Of a DNA stretch of 64,000 nt, positions 1 to 13,074 are shown in pieces; the first letter of the stretch is position 1, and the number at the start of each line of letters is the position of its first letter. Source of the DNA: Eledone cirrhosa (Eukaryota); the NCBI GenBank assembly GCA_964016885.1, contig OZ024745.1, positions 32,984,001 to 33,048,000 of the forward strand, read 5' to 3'. The notes under the pieces were generated by a model, which was given only the letters and a program-made list of their open reading frames with translations, ran no database searches and was not told where the DNA came from. A program made the position numbers and the translations under genes.

Positions 1-228
1 GTCGCAGAATGTGTGACGAAAGAACTTTGACAATATATGAACAACCGTCCGGTTATGGAACCAACCAACCAACCGGAAATTTATAAATTTTTTAAATTTA
101 TAATAAATTGGAGTGAAAGCACTGGTGCGTGTGTTTCTTATTGGCAACATGACCCTCCCAAAGTATAACAATATCAGTTTCAACACACGTTTCCAGATAA
201 AGAATCTTGCTAAACAAATTCAGAAATG

Positions 229-266
<38 letters not shown>

Positions 267-366
267 TATCATTTAGAAATGAGCTCTTCATGACTAGGAA
301 TCATAAGAAAATCGGTGTTTTTCTTTCGTTCTTTTTAGGAAAACCATTCTTAATTTTATGTGTGTT

Positions 367-423
<57 letters not shown>

Positions 424-425
<2 letters not shown>

Positions 426-594
426 GTTATTCCGGGTTGAATCGGAGGTAACCACAGTAAGTAAGGTACTCAATACATAGCAGAGTATAGAAGTTTTAAT
501 ATAGATGAGATTCTACAGGACTAGAACTGTTTCATTCCTGATGATTTCTAATGAATGAAACAGTTCTAGTCCTGTAGAATCTCATCTATATTAA

Positions 595-599
<5 letters not shown>
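424..599. mobile_element. Penelope-type pseudo-LTR fragment with inverted (palindromic) end containing a hammerhead ribozyme core
   Basis: Inverted repeat ~492-599. CTGATGA at 538-544 is followed by TTTCTAATGAAT-GAAA-CAG..CTG-TA-GAAT. 424-490 is the reverse complement of ~1475-1541. Flanked by (TA)n. Confidence 0.65.
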
Positions 600-636
<37 letters not shown>

Positions 637-1201
637 TGTTTATACATGGCTTATAAATAAATAAAAGAAAAGTTAAACATGTCGATGTAAAAAAGAAAAG
701 TGTTCATATGGATGCAATATGAAAGGTAAAATATTTTTTTTAAAAAGACAAAAGGATAGGAAAAAAATGAATGAAAGAAAGGGAGAAAGAAAGAAAGAAA
801 GAAAGAGAGAGAGGGGGTACAGAGATAAGGGGATAGAAACAAAGAGACCAAGAAAAAAAATAGATAAGAAAAAAAAAAAATGAACGAATGAAGAAGAAAG
901 AAAGAAAGAAAGGTATTGAGATATGTATTGAACGGTAAAGAAGGACAGCGAGGTTGTTGTCCAAGAGAAGCTATATTTCCAATAAATCAAAAGACAAGGT
1001 AATTTAATTGATGTCACACGATTACACTGGATGTTATTGTTCGCTAAAACTCAGGGAAAGTACTCGACTGGAATTATACAAGATTCAAGAGTCTATCCCA
1101 TTTAATTTTAACTGCAGCTCTGCCATACATTTTTATTTGTTTGTTCTTCTTCTTATTATTATTGTTTATTTATTTATTTTTGCTTTCTCTCCCTCCGGTC
1201 A

Positions 1202-1288
<87 letters not shown>

Positions 1289-1306
1289 ATCTCACTCTCT
1301 CTCTCT

Positions 1307-1342
<36 letters not shown>

Positions 1343-1354
1343 TTAATATAGATG

Positions 1355-1405
1355 AGATTCTACAGGACTAGAACTGTTTCATTCATTAGAAATCATCAGG
1401 AATCT
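1355..1405 (-). ncRNA. Type I hammerhead ribozyme motif (opposite-strand copy)
   Basis: Minus strand reads AGATTC-CTGATGA-TTTCTAATGAAT-GAAA-CAGTTCTAGTCCTG-TA-GAATCT, with a 6-bp stem I. Confidence 0.65.
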
Positions 1406-1459
1406 GAGATTCCTGATGATTTCTAATGAATGAAACAGTTCTAGTCCTGTAGAATCTCA
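1405..1459 (+). ncRNA. Type I hammerhead ribozyme motif
   Basis: Stem I TGAGATTC (1405-1412)/GAATCTCA (1452-1459); core CTGATGA (1413-1419); stem II TTC-TAAT-GAA; GAAA (1432-1435); stem III CAG/CTG; GTA cleavage triplet (1449-1451). Confidence 0.75.
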
Positions 1460-1539
1460 TCTATATTAAAACTGTTATACTCTGCTATGTATTGAGTACC
1501 TTACTTACTGTGGTTACCTCCGATTCAACCCGGAATAAC

Positions 1540-1625
<86 letters not shown>

Positions 1626-1671
1626 ATCTCACTCTCTCTCTCTTTATATATATATATATATATGTATCTCA

Positions 1672-1703
<32 letters not shown>

Positions 1704-1933
1704 CTTTCTCTCTCTCTCTCTGTCTGTCTATATATATATGTATATATGTGTATATACACCCTCACACATACACGTATATACATATATATTGACCGATCTG
1801 GCTCTATTATCTTTCCTTTCACGACGCCATCGCTAGACTGTCCACTCTCTGTCCATCTAGATCTTCTTCTTATTCATTCTTTCATTCATTTCTTCTTTGT
1901 TGAATTACCTCCTGTTGTCTTCATCTCCCCCTC

Positions 1934-2035
<102 letters not shown>

Positions 2036-2435
2036 CTCTCACTCAATCACTCTCAATCACTCTCTCTCTCTCTTCTCGCTTAATCTCTCTCACTCTCTCT
2101 CAATCTCCCTCTCTCTTTCTATTTCACTGAATCTCTCTCTCACTCACTCTCTCTCTTTCACTCAATCTCTCTCACTCTCTCTCTCTTTCGCTCACGCTCA
2201 CTCACACGCACACACAGACACACTGCCACCCATTCTGACACGCTATCGGACAAGTAGCAAGGCTTTTCTCTCATTCTGTTGACAAGAACAGTTAATTTCC
2301 AGTGTATTCATTTCATCCGAATGGAAATATAAGGCCAGACAGATAATCGATCGGCTTACTCTTTAGATCGGAATATTTCTATATATTGTTCCGACAGCTG
2401 TTAAAGGCATGGAGGATGAGATATCTTTCTCTGTA

Positions 2436-2507
<72 letters not shown>

Positions 2508-2669
2508 CTGTCCCCCAAAAATGTATACACACTTCAACAGCATTCTAATAAGTATTGCCTGTACATGCAATCAAAGTGTGTATACCTGTTTGTGACACCC
2601 TATATATATAGGTACATATATATATATATATATATAATATAAATATACCTATACACATAAACACACACA

Positions 2670-3453
2670 ATGAAAAAGGAAGAGAATAATCAACACATAA
2701 ATGCAAATAAAGTGACTCCAATAGCAGTCATTACACATAAATCTGACCTAACCTATCATATACACACCACATTAGACACAAAGAAAAACAAAACATCCTT
2801 GAGAACACTACTCCAAACCACACTCTCATACATACCAATAACTAAACCTATATTAATTACTGATATGGAGGAGATGGACGTCATCAGGCTGCAGCCATCA
2901 TATTACGTCGTTTCTGTATATCTGCAGCGACCAACACTTCGCTATGTTATCAGTATTAACAAATTCATGGACTCAGATCAACCACCAATGAACAAACTCC
3001 AACTATATGCTACCAACGAATAAGATCTGAAAACAAACTACATTACGCCCATATTACACCCATACTATCATTCAATGCCACTAACATTACAACAAATATA
3101 CTCAATGAAATAAATTAATCGCTTAACGTTTAAAACCAGAACCGATTAATGTATTTATCTATTAACCAAATCCAAATCCTTCGGTGAGCGAAATCAACAG
3201 GTCACGTAACGACTAGATAAACCCGTAAAAAATTGATATCATCACTATAACCTTACCTAATCAGTGTTGCAGCCACCAACACAAAATCAGATCAAACGCC
3301 AGTTCATAAATTTCAACCATATATCAACCTCCTCTTTCTCCTAACTTTATTATTTTCTGATGAAGGAATAACGTCAGATACGTTTAAACACACTTTTTCC
3401 TTTTCTCACAATCATGAAACTAATAAATCTTTGTGTAATTATTGTGTTTATGT

Positions 3454-3470
<17 letters not shown>
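2670..3470 (+). mobile_element. Probable degraded Penelope-like element 3' remnant
   Basis: AC-rich plus strand. The translation 'HTTLDTKKNKTSLRTLLQT' loosely resembles a GIY-YIG C-terminus. A degenerate CTGATGAAGG hammerhead-like core lies at ~3357. Confidence 0.35.
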
Positions 3471-3488
<18 letters not shown>

Positions 3489-3500
3489 CGCGCGCGTGTG

Positions 3501-3616
3501 TTATAGAAATTACTTCTACAGGAGTAGAACTGTTTCATTCGTATGAAATCATCGGGAATGTCTTGATGATTCCATACGAATGAAACAGTTCTAGTCCTGT
3601 AGAAGTCATTTCTATA
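3501..3616. mobile_element. Older palindromic copy of the hammerhead-containing repeat
   Basis: Same GAATGAAACAGTTCTAGTCCTGTAGAA motif in inverted arrangement. Cores mutated to TTGATGA and CCGATGA; stem II loop ATAC instead of TAAT. Confidence 0.6.
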
Positions 3617-3619
3617 TAT

Positions 3620-3800
3620 AATTGTTTCTACTTTTGGCACAAGGCCAACAATTATCCCAGTACATTACTGGTACTTTATTTTATCGACCCCGTAAGGATG
3701 AAAGGCAAAGTAAACCTCGGCGGGATTTGAACTCAGACCGTAAAGGGACGTAACTATGCTAGAAAGCATGGCGTCCGACTCTCTACCGATACTGCAATAA
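3620..3800 (-). mobile_element. tRNA-derived SINE (abundant family)
   Basis: Minus strand has an A/B-box-like head (..CTGAGTTCAAATCCCGCCGAGG..) and a body CCTTTCATCCTTACGGGGTCGATAAAATAAAGTACCAGTAATG shared by many copies in the window. Confidence 0.8.
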
Positions 3801-3888
3801 AGATGCCTATACTCTACCAATGTATTGAGTATCTTTTTTAACTGTGGTTACCCCCTGACACAACTCGAGAGTCTCTCTCTCTCTCTCT

Positions 3889-3988
<100 letters not shown>

Positions 3989-3998
3989 TGAGAGACTC

Positions 3999-4066
<68 letters not shown>

Positions 4067-4553
4067 GAGAGAGAGAGAGAGGGGGAGAGGGGGAGAGGGG
4101 GGGGAGTACTCAAGCATGGCCACAATTTAATGACTGGAACTAGTAAAGAAATCAGAGAATAAAAATAATTCTTAAATTTAAGAATTAGATCATTGTAGCT
4201 AACAATATTTACTTATTGAAATACACAACATTTGAAGTAAAACGGTGCCAGACCTACCAACCTCTAAACAGGCAGTGCCACGAAAAAAAAGTGCCCTAAA
4301 ACGGGGAGAAGTGAGGCAAAAAGGGGAGATTTTACATTTTTACTAGAGAAGACGTCTCTCATCCACCCTAAAGAGGGTGAGAGATTTCCTCATCGGACAG
4401 GAGAATTGACAGGTCTGCAGTGTAATTACTGAAACTATAACTTTATAAGCTATGTTCAAGTTAACCTTTCTTAAAGATTTGGTGTAGTATATAAAAAGTA
4501 CAACTACATATAGAACCACTATAAAACCTGCACAGCGGGATATATAAATACAC

Positions 4554-5165
4554 AGACAGCTATCTGCCTATATCTATAGACAGCTATCTACCTATATTTA
4601 TAGACAGCTATCTGCCTATATCTATTGACAGCTATCTGCCTATATCTATAGACAGCTATCTACCTATATCTATAGACAGCTATCTACCTATATTTATAGA
4701 CAGCTATCTGCCTATATCTATTGACAGCTATCTGCCTATATCTATAGACAGCTATCTACCTATATCTATAGACAGCTATCTACCTATATCTATAGACAGG
4801 GCCGGATTTAGATTTGATGAGGCCCTAAGCTATCTGAGATAATGGGGCCCTTTATATGTTATAAAAAATGTTATAAAAACTGCAAAACGTTCAATATTAA
4901 AGCAGAAAACTGTTTAAAAGTATTGCATTATTTTAGTTCTTTTTTATCTTATATTTTGAAAATGTACACCGCTTTTTTGTTCAATTTTTTCGAGGCCCCA
5001 AGAAAGTGGGGGCCCTAAGCTATAGCTTGTTTAGCTTATACGTAAATCTCACTCTGTCTATAGACAGCTATCTACCTATATCTATAGACAGCTATATGCC
5101 TATATCTATAGACAGCTATGTACCTATATCTATAGACAGTTATCTACCTATATCTACAGCTATCT
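4554..5165. repeat. 24-bp minisatellite (TAGACAGCTATCTRCCTATATCTA)n interrupted by a MITE
   Basis: About 10 units before and 4-5 units after the insertion. Confidence 0.9.
4797..5056. mobile_element. hAT-type MITE
   Basis: Termini CAGGGCCGGATTTA / TAAATCTCACTCTG, internal GGCCCTAAGCTA repeats, 8-bp TSD TCTATAGA. Confidence 0.7.
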
Positions 5166-7997
5166 ACCTCACGATTCATGGCATGATTGTTTTCCAGTCT
5201 ACTCAGCCGGGAAAAAAATGAGATGCAATGACACAGGTGCCAAGCCATATTGGCCTTTAGAAAACATCGGTGTCGTGGAGAGCGACGGCTGATCTTCTAC
5301 AAAACACTGCCTAGGTTTATATCTCTCAGAGGGGGAGCCAATAGCCAGTCATGTCCGAAGGGAGTCTTTCCCTAAACAAACCAAACAAACTTTCTCTTTA
5401 ATTCAAAATTAAATTTGAAACTATTTACACGATAAGCAGTAAAATCTCATCTCTTTTTATCCATCGATATTTGATTTTTACTTAAATAAAATGAACTACA
5501 GCAAAAGGTACAGATTTGGAAGAATTAACATTTTCCTTTGGAACAAATACAAATACCCAGTATTCGGTGATATGAATAGGCTAAGAATATAAACGAATCA
5601 TAAGCAACCAGATTTTAGACATTCTCTAAACAATGATAATTACAAACTCTGTATTAATTACTTGGCAGATTTACAAATAAATATTTTATAACTCGCTACA
5701 AATATTATCAGTTAATCAATTTTAGCGATTTGGGTGGGGGTCTTATAATTTCCTTACTCACTGCTTAAAATCTTTCTTCTGATTAATCTAGTGAATCAAT
5801 ATTCCAAAACATATTATAAACACGAGATAGCTTCTATATAATCTCGACCCCCCCCCCCCTACACACACACACAGCCCCGCGATTTAGATTTTAGTAATGT
5901 ACTATAAGCGGCGAATTGGCAGAATCATTTTAAAATCGGATAGAATTTTTTGCTGTATTCGTTTCGGCTCTCTGCTCTCTGAGTTGAAATCCCACCGAGG
6001 TCAACTTTGCCTTTCATCCATTCGAGGTGGATAGAAAAATGTACCAGTCCAGTACTGGAGTCCATTCTTCTTCTATATCTCTTTCTCACTTCCATTCTTT
6101 CACTCTCTATCCTTCTCTGGAAAAAATCTGTTGTATTCAGACATGGAGCTCCGTGAGGGTTAAACAAGACAATACCCTACAAACGCTATATGTCAATACA
6201 GCGTCCTTATGACTCCCTCGGGAGGTACGGGGAAAAATAAAGTAAACTAATGTACTATAATGGTTTCTAACTTAGGCGAAATACCCGCAGTTTTGGGAGA
6301 GGGATAAGTAGATTAAATCAACCTTAGTACTTGACCGGTATTGTATTTATCAACATCGGAAAGACTAAAAAAAAAGTTGGCCCTCGGTGTGAATTCAGAG
6401 AGCTGAGAACCGGAATAAATACCACAAAACACGTTACCTGACACCCAAACAACTCTGCCAATTCGACGTCATTCGATGTAATGAGTTACGGATTTACAAA
6501 TCCACTTTTACAGTAAATGTTACTTATCTTAAATCCACATTAAATAACATTATTTCCTGAGTTCAAATCCCGCCTAGGTTAACTTTGGCATTCATCCTTA
6601 CAGGGTCGATAAAATAAAGTACCAGTAATGCACTGGGGTAATTGCTAACCTTGTGACAAAAGTAGAAATAATTATTAATAACTACATTGCTTCTTTCCAG
6701 AGACTATGTTGAAAACTAAACCTCATCTGGTCATTCCATAAGAGTATCTTGGTCAGCCTATGAACTTTTCAGCCGATCGTCGTGGAGACACATTTTACTG
6801 GGCGTGGGGTCATGGGCTTTTATTTTAACTTTTTTATTTAGCATATATACTCGTATTTAAGCCGAGAAATGTGACAAAAATCGATGTTAAAATGTCTTGT
6901 ATGACACCGGCCCGTGACGCAAAAAAGTTGGGGCCCGTAGCATATACATTTAACTTGTAAAGCTGCAGATCTATCCAAAGATCCTCCGCATTACGAATGT
7001 TTGCTATTGAAAAGCAGTTTGCTATTGAAACGGTTAAGAAATATATATACTTAATAGCATTTATTAGGTAACATATCTTATATTTATAAGTAATCCATCA
7101 TATATGTTTGACGTAGTTATAGAAATATTGGTTTCTAATTTAAACACAAGGTCAGCAATTGGGTGGAGGTGGTGGTGTGGGGTGTAAGTGAGTTATATCG
7201 ACCTCTTGTACTTGATTGCTACTCTATTTTATCGATCCCCCAAAGGAGGAACGGCAAAGTTAACATCGACGGGATTTGAACTCAGAACGCAAAGAAAAGT
7301 AACTAAATACCACTAAGCAATCAGAAATATTACACATCATAGAGTTACGGCCCTTTGCGTTCTGCGTTCAAATCCCGCCGATAATGTTAAACATGTCTGT
7401 GGAATGTTCGGACAGTTTCACGTTAATAACACGAACAACTGGAACACATGTCGTCATAGGAACCAACGAAGATCCAATACTTAATCATGAATTGAAACTA
7501 TGTCATATATTTCTGCAACTGTGTCAAACGTTATAATAGGTGTCATATAAGTATCATAGAGTATAAAAGACTAAGCAACAAGCTGTACTAAATATATAGA
7601 ATTTTCAAAAGCATTGAACTAAAAAATCTCTTAAATGTGTCAGTATTCTACTATTTAGACTGTCATTCCTTGGTTACTAAAGACCAATGGTGAAGTTGAT
7701 CACTTCTAAAATTTATAGCAAGTCTGTAAAAATGTTTATTTACATCAATATTTCGTATATTATTCAATATACAATTCCAGTCACGTATCAATCATGATAT
7801 AGAGCAATTTGGAGGAGGGGAAGTCGATTATATCGACCCGAGGACTTCATTTTATCAACCTTGGAAGTATGAAACACAAAGTTGATCTCAGCGGGATTTG
7901 AACTTAGAACGTAAAACATCGTAACTAAATGCCGTAAAGTATTTTGACCGACACTCTAACGATTCTGCCAACCCACCTCCTTCAGACCAGTGAAAAT

Positions 7998-8180
7998 AAT
8001 TGTTTCTACTTTTGGCACAAGGCCAGCAATTACCCAGTGCATTACTGGCACTTTATTTTATCGACCCCGTAAGGATGAAAGGCAAAGTTAACCTCGGCGG
8101 GATTTGAACTCAAATTGTAAAGGGACGTAACTATGCTGGAAAGCATGGCGTCCGACCTTCTACCGATACTGCCAATCCAC
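7998..8180 (-). mobile_element. tRNA-derived SINE copy
   Basis: Near-identical to copies at 3620, 14643, 17449 and 21150. Confidence 0.8.
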
Positions 8181-8331
8181 AGTGAAAATAATACTATCTA
8201 GGTGGTTAGGCCATGACCCGCTTACCTCTCCACTGGATATCCGGTATCCTATTCATTAGGACATCCGTTCTCTAAGTACATCCGATAAGCTTCTGCATAT
8301 TTTCCCTCTACCAAATTTCACCGAAAGGGCA

Positions 8332-8365
<34 letters not shown>

Positions 8366-8366
8366 A

Positions 8367-8436
<70 letters not shown>

Positions 8437-8599
8437 CAGTCTAAATAGTAGAATAATGACACATTTAAGAGATTTTTTAGTTCAATGCTTTTGAAAATTC
8501 TATATATTTAGTACAGCTTGTTGCTTAATCTGTTATACTCTATGATACTTATATGACACCTATTATAACGTTTGACACAGTTGCAGATATATATGACAT

Positions 8600-9560
8600 T
8601 ACAGAACTCTCTGTGTTCAGAGAACGTGAGGCTACCTGTGAGACGTGGGACCGGCTGGGACTTAGCCCAGTAGACGTCCCTCCTCCTTCTCCCCCTGTTG
8701 ACGTCAAGTCCCCCCAACGCACTTAGGATGCCATTCAGTGCAGCCTGGCCTCAAGCGCCAGCTCGACCAGCACCGCCTTGCTTGTTTTCGTGCGGCCTCC
8801 AAACCCCACAGTGGTGCCTGGCTCCATGCCCTGCCCTCCTTCTCCACTGGTACTCTGCTAGACAACCATAGCCTGCAAATCGGCGTTTCCCTGAGGCTCG
8901 GCCTCCGGATCTGCCAGCCACACCAATGTCGCTGCAGTTCCACCGTGGCTTCTTTCGGCCTCCACCCGCTTTCCTGTCGCCACAGTGCCGGTCGCATTCC
9001 ACGCCATGCTGCCCTCAACGAGGTCATTAAGCATGGCTTGGACGCTGCAGGCTTCCCTTCCCAGCTCGAGCCGGTGGGGCTGGATCGAGGGGACGGCAAA
9101 AGGCCAGATTGTATGACCATCTTCCCCTTCCGCGGTGGCAAACCCCTCGTCTGGGATGCCACTTGCACCGACACTTTCTGCAGCCGCAACCTGGTGCAGT
9201 CTGCGACTGACCCAAGTTCTGCTGCACGTCGGGCTGAGGGGGCCAAACTCCTCAAATACCGGTCGCTCTCCGACAGGTTTGCGGTCGTTCCCCTGGCAGT
9301 GGAAACTTCTGGTGTCCTCGGCCCCAGGGCTACCTCCTTGCTCACCACCATAGGCGCTGAGCTGGCCAGCCGCAGGTGTGAGCCCCGCGAGTTGGAGTGG
9401 CTTTTCCAGCGCGTCTCCCTTGCCGTCCTCCGGGGAAACGCCTTCTCCATTCTGTCCGCCGGGGCTGTAGGTGGGCCCCATCGCGTACCATTACATTAGT
9501 TAAATACCATTCTTTCATCTCATAAAGACTAAAGTGTTTATAAAAAAAATTTAAAAAAAA
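8600..9560 (+). mobile_element. 5'-truncated CRE-clade-like non-LTR retrotransposon (zinc knuckle plus restriction-like endonuclease)
   Basis: ORF 8738-9499 contains 'GAWLHALP', 'LRLG', the C-x-C..H..C knuckle, 'RHAALNEVI', 'DGKRPD..LVWDATC' and 'FQRVSLAVLRGNA'. A-rich tail ends at 9560. Strongly GC-rich relative to its flanks. Confidence 0.8.
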
Positions 9561-9919
9561 GTTACACAGTTTCACTTCATGATTAAGTATTGGATCTTCG
9601 TTGGTTCCTATGACGACATGTGTTCCAGTTGTTCGTGTTATTAACGTGAAACTGTCCGAACATTCCACAGACATGTTTAACATTATCGGCGGGATTTGAA
9701 CGCAGAACGCAAAGGGCCGTAACTCTATGATGTGTAATATTTCTGATTGCTTAGTGGTATTTAGTTACGGTTCTTTGCGTTCTGAGTTCAAATCCCGTCG
9801 ATGTTAACTTTGCCGTTCCTCCTTTGGGAGATCGATAAAATAGAGTAGAAATCAAGTACAAGAGGTCGATATAACTCACTTACACCCCACACCACCACCT
9901 CCACCCAATTGCTGACCTT

Positions 9920-11260
9920 CCACATCAACAGTGACATAGACCGCCTTTACTTGAAACGTAAGCAGGGAGGCAGAGGCCTAACATCAGTCCAGACAGCATT
10001 TGAATGTCGCATCATATCCCTCCGACAACATCTACGAACCTCAAAGTGTAGGAGCCCGTCTCTCGAGCACGTCTATCTGCATGAAACAGATAAGATCATG
10101 AGAGGTGGGGAGGAACTCCTCGAGAGGTATTCCCTGTGTGATAATCAAAAACTCACACCCAGAGAAGTTGCTCAGCAGTATCGCAGTAAATCCATGGATG
10201 AAAAACTGCATGCTTATCATCAAAAAATCATGCATGGATATGTTGCCAGGAAGCTCCAGAGTGAGAGTAATATAATAAAGAAAGTAGTCTATCTTGGACC
10301 AACAACTGCTATATTGGCTCCCTCTTTGAAGGATACGCTTTTACAATCCAAGGACAGGAAATCAACACGAAATACCTGATTCACAAAAGAGATAGGGATG
10401 CAGGCAAAATACCTAGATGTGATAACAAGTGCAGACTCTGCAGAATTAACATCGAATATGTCACCCATGTCATAAGTAGCTGTCCAAAGATGTCATCGCA
10501 GTACTATCTACTTATGAGGCATGATGTAGTGGCCAAAACTCTCTACAATGCAATCCGTAGAAAAGATAACCCCGATAATAAACACATTAAAAGCTACAGC
10601 AATGTGAAAGACATACATATACATAATATGAAAGAGTACTGGTGGAATGCTCCAGTAAAAACCCCAATGGGCATAACAGACCAGATATTATGATATGGGA
10701 TAGGGAAAAGAAGGCATTCACAGTAGTGGAAGTTAGCTGTCCAGCAGATGCCAATATAATATCAAAGATTAGCGAAAAGGAGAATATTTATGCAGAACTG
10801 ATGAGAAATCTGCAGATACTCCACCCTGATTATGCCTTCAGATTTATGCCTGTGATTATTGGGTCACTGGGATATGTTAGTAACTGCCTCAATACAAATT
10901 TTGAGAAGCTAGGCTTCACAGGAACAGAAAGAACACAACTAGTTAGGAAATTACAAGTACAATCCATTAATGGAACAGTAAAAATATGTAAAACATTCCA
11001 AAAATGTTGCATCCAATAACTGCATATACACAGGTACAGATACTAAGCATATATACATGCACACATACAACTCAAAACATCCACATCCATACATACAATA
11101 ACATCCATATCTACACATGCAGACATGCAGACATAATCTACCAAGTTGATGTTGTGTAAATTCCAATGAGAGAGCCTTGTGTCTATGTTAGAAACCGACT
11201 CGCTCTCTATTGGCAAAAATTTGTGAAATTATAAAACCAGAAGAACATACATACATACAT
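9920..11260 (+). mobile_element. 5'-truncated, frameshifted R4/Dong-like non-LTR retrotransposon
   Basis: 'DIDRLYLKRKQGGRGL', the CRLC..H...C knuckle near 10430, 'RHDVVAKTLY' and 'NRPDIMIWD..VVEVSCP' endonuclease motifs. (CATA)n tail at ~11245-11260. Confidence 0.8.
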
Positions 11261-11482
11261 GAATCCGTGGAGAAAGAAAGCGACTCTTAACTCATAAGCC
11301 TCAAATGGCGACGATATCTGGAACCTTCAAAACCGTCAAATATTCTTGCGATTCAAAGGATGGACGATGACAGCGAAAATGGTGGCCGGTCAAAAATAAA
11401 CTCAAAATTAAGAGAAACAGATAATACATACATACAAACATATGCCATTTATAATCACAAATGAAGGTTGTAAGCAGCAAGT

Positions 11483-11554
11483 GGCTCGTTGGTCTAGGGG
11501 TATGATTCTCGCTTCGGATGCGAGATGTCCTGGGTTCAATTCCCGGACGAGCAC
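11483..11554 (+). pseudogene. Degenerate tRNA-Pro(CGG) copy
   Basis: Matches the copy at 13003 except for four substitutions, including the base 3' of the anticodon (G37A) and an acceptor-stem mismatch (GAGCAC vs GAGCCC). Confidence 0.75.
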
Positions 11555-11774
11555 AACTAAATATTTTTAGCTTAATCATTTTTCTTTGTAAATGTGCGTG
11601 GAGACTTAATCTCGGATCCTGTGTAGAAACACGAACAATGACCTCGTACAAAAATGTTCATTTTTCAACCATTTAACATACAGACGATGTTAAATTAACC
11701 TTCAATTTTCTTATTAGTGTATATCTAGCTTTTTTCTTCATTTCTAATTTTCAAAATACGTTAACAATATCATA

Positions 11775-11920
11775 ATTGTTTCTACTTTAGGCACAAGGCC
11801 AGCAATTACTCAGTGCATTACTGGTACTTTATTTTATCGACCCCGTAAGGATGAAAAGCAAAGTCAACCTCGGCGGGATTTGAACTCAGATCGTAAAGGG
11901 ACGTAACTATGCTGGAAAGC
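11775..11920 (-). mobile_element. tRNA-derived SINE copy (5'-truncated)
   Basis: Same body as the other family members. Confidence 0.75.
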
Positions 11921-12169
11921 AACAATATCATAATGGTTTCTAATGTTAGCACAATACCAGCCATTTGGGTGGGGAAGGTATGTCAATTATATTCACTACG
12001 GAAGGATGAAAGGTAAAATTAACCATGGTGGGATTCGAACACAGCAGAGAGTACTAGCACAAATACTGTAAAGCTATCCGACGCACTAACAATTTTCCCA
12101 ATTACCTTTTATCATATTGTTTACGTTATGATAATGACAAAATAAAAAGAGAAATGTGGTTAGAGCAAG

Positions 12170-12410
12170 CACTACACTTTTGATTGGGCGGGTATATTTC
12201 ATCTGCGACCCGTGGATAAGACGACAAGAGCACTGACGCGGAGAATAGCCAGCGATACCCGTTGCATCAGTCATTCCTTCTGACGTAGCTCTTTCCTCGA
12301 GTGTGATACCCTCGTCCCAATTCGGCGGGGGGAAAACAGCAGTCACGTGACAGAAAACACCTGAGGTTTTCATTGGTGACAGGGAGACAGAGGAAATGGT
12401 CAGTCAATGC
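12170..12410. promoter_or_regulatory. CpG-rich promoter-like island
   Basis: GATTGG (CCAAT) adjoins GGGCGG at ~12182-12192; TGACG half-sites; palindromic E-box GTCACGTGAC at ~12342-12351. No gene assigned. Confidence 0.35.
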
Positions 12411-13002
12411 CTGCTATTTAATCCAGTAGTATTATTATTTCATATGTTTAATAGTATTATCTACTATAAACAACCAAATGGTTTGTCGCACTTCTACGAC
12501 CTAGTCATTCACACAATTCCACGACATACGTTGAAAATCATTTACTGGTCAGATTCATAAAAAATGAAAAATTAGAATACACATAAAAAATTAGAACACA
12601 CAGCACCCTTCTTCCCGCCCAATTTTATATATCAAAGTTAGCTTGGCGCAAGAATTGGAATTGAAACGTTATACATAGAGGTATTAAATTTTAAAATTCT
12701 AACCATCCTAAAACTAAAAAGCCCTGCTGAGGGCACAAATAAATTGATACGGCCGACACTAGCGCACCCCCCCCCCCTCCACTGCAGGGGCCCTTGAGCA
12801 ATTGCTCCCTTTGCCCCATTAAATTTGGTCCTGGTCATATTATATAATTTTTTGAAGTTTTCTATATTTGTTTGATTTTTTTTTATTATATACCTCTTTT
12901 ACTATGGAAATAGTTTTAATGACTTTCATATACAGAGAATGGAAAAGATTAAAATATTGCTGTTGTATTATTTATAATAAGTAAAGTAGACAAGCAGCAA
13001 GC

Positions 13003-13074
13003 GGCTCGTTGGTCTAGGGGTATGATTCTCGCTTCGGGTGCGAGAGGTCCCGGGTTCAATTCCCGGACGAGCCC
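13003..13074 (+). tRNA. tRNA-Pro (anticodon CGG)
   Basis: GGCTCGTTGGTCTAGGGGTATGATTCTCGCTT-CGG-GTGCGAGAGGTCCCGGGTTCAATTCCCGGACGAGCCC gives a canonical cloverleaf. TTTTT Pol III terminator at 13085-13089. Confidence 0.97.

Larger units (their letters stand above)
1339..1541. mobile_element. Penelope-type pseudo-LTR fragment; ~135-bp palindrome (1339-1473) with a hammerhead core on each strand
   Basis: Near-perfect inverted repeat centred near 1405, then an ATTAAA signal and the shared tail seen at 424-490 and 3808-3860. Sits between (TA)n tracts. Confidence 0.7.
7148..9919. repeat. Local inverted duplication: 7148-7666 copied in reverse as 8433-8599 plus ~9565-9919
   Basis: Reverse-complement identity at both ends (AAGGTCAGCAATTGGGTGG.. 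/ ..CCACCCAATTGCTGACCTT; ..TAGACTGTCAT / ATGACAGTCTA..). The second arm is split by a retroelement. Confidence 0.9.

Noticed and set aside
8704-9481. Long minus-strand ORFs (248 and 207 aa)
   Set aside because: Antisense shadows of the GC-rich CRE-like frame.
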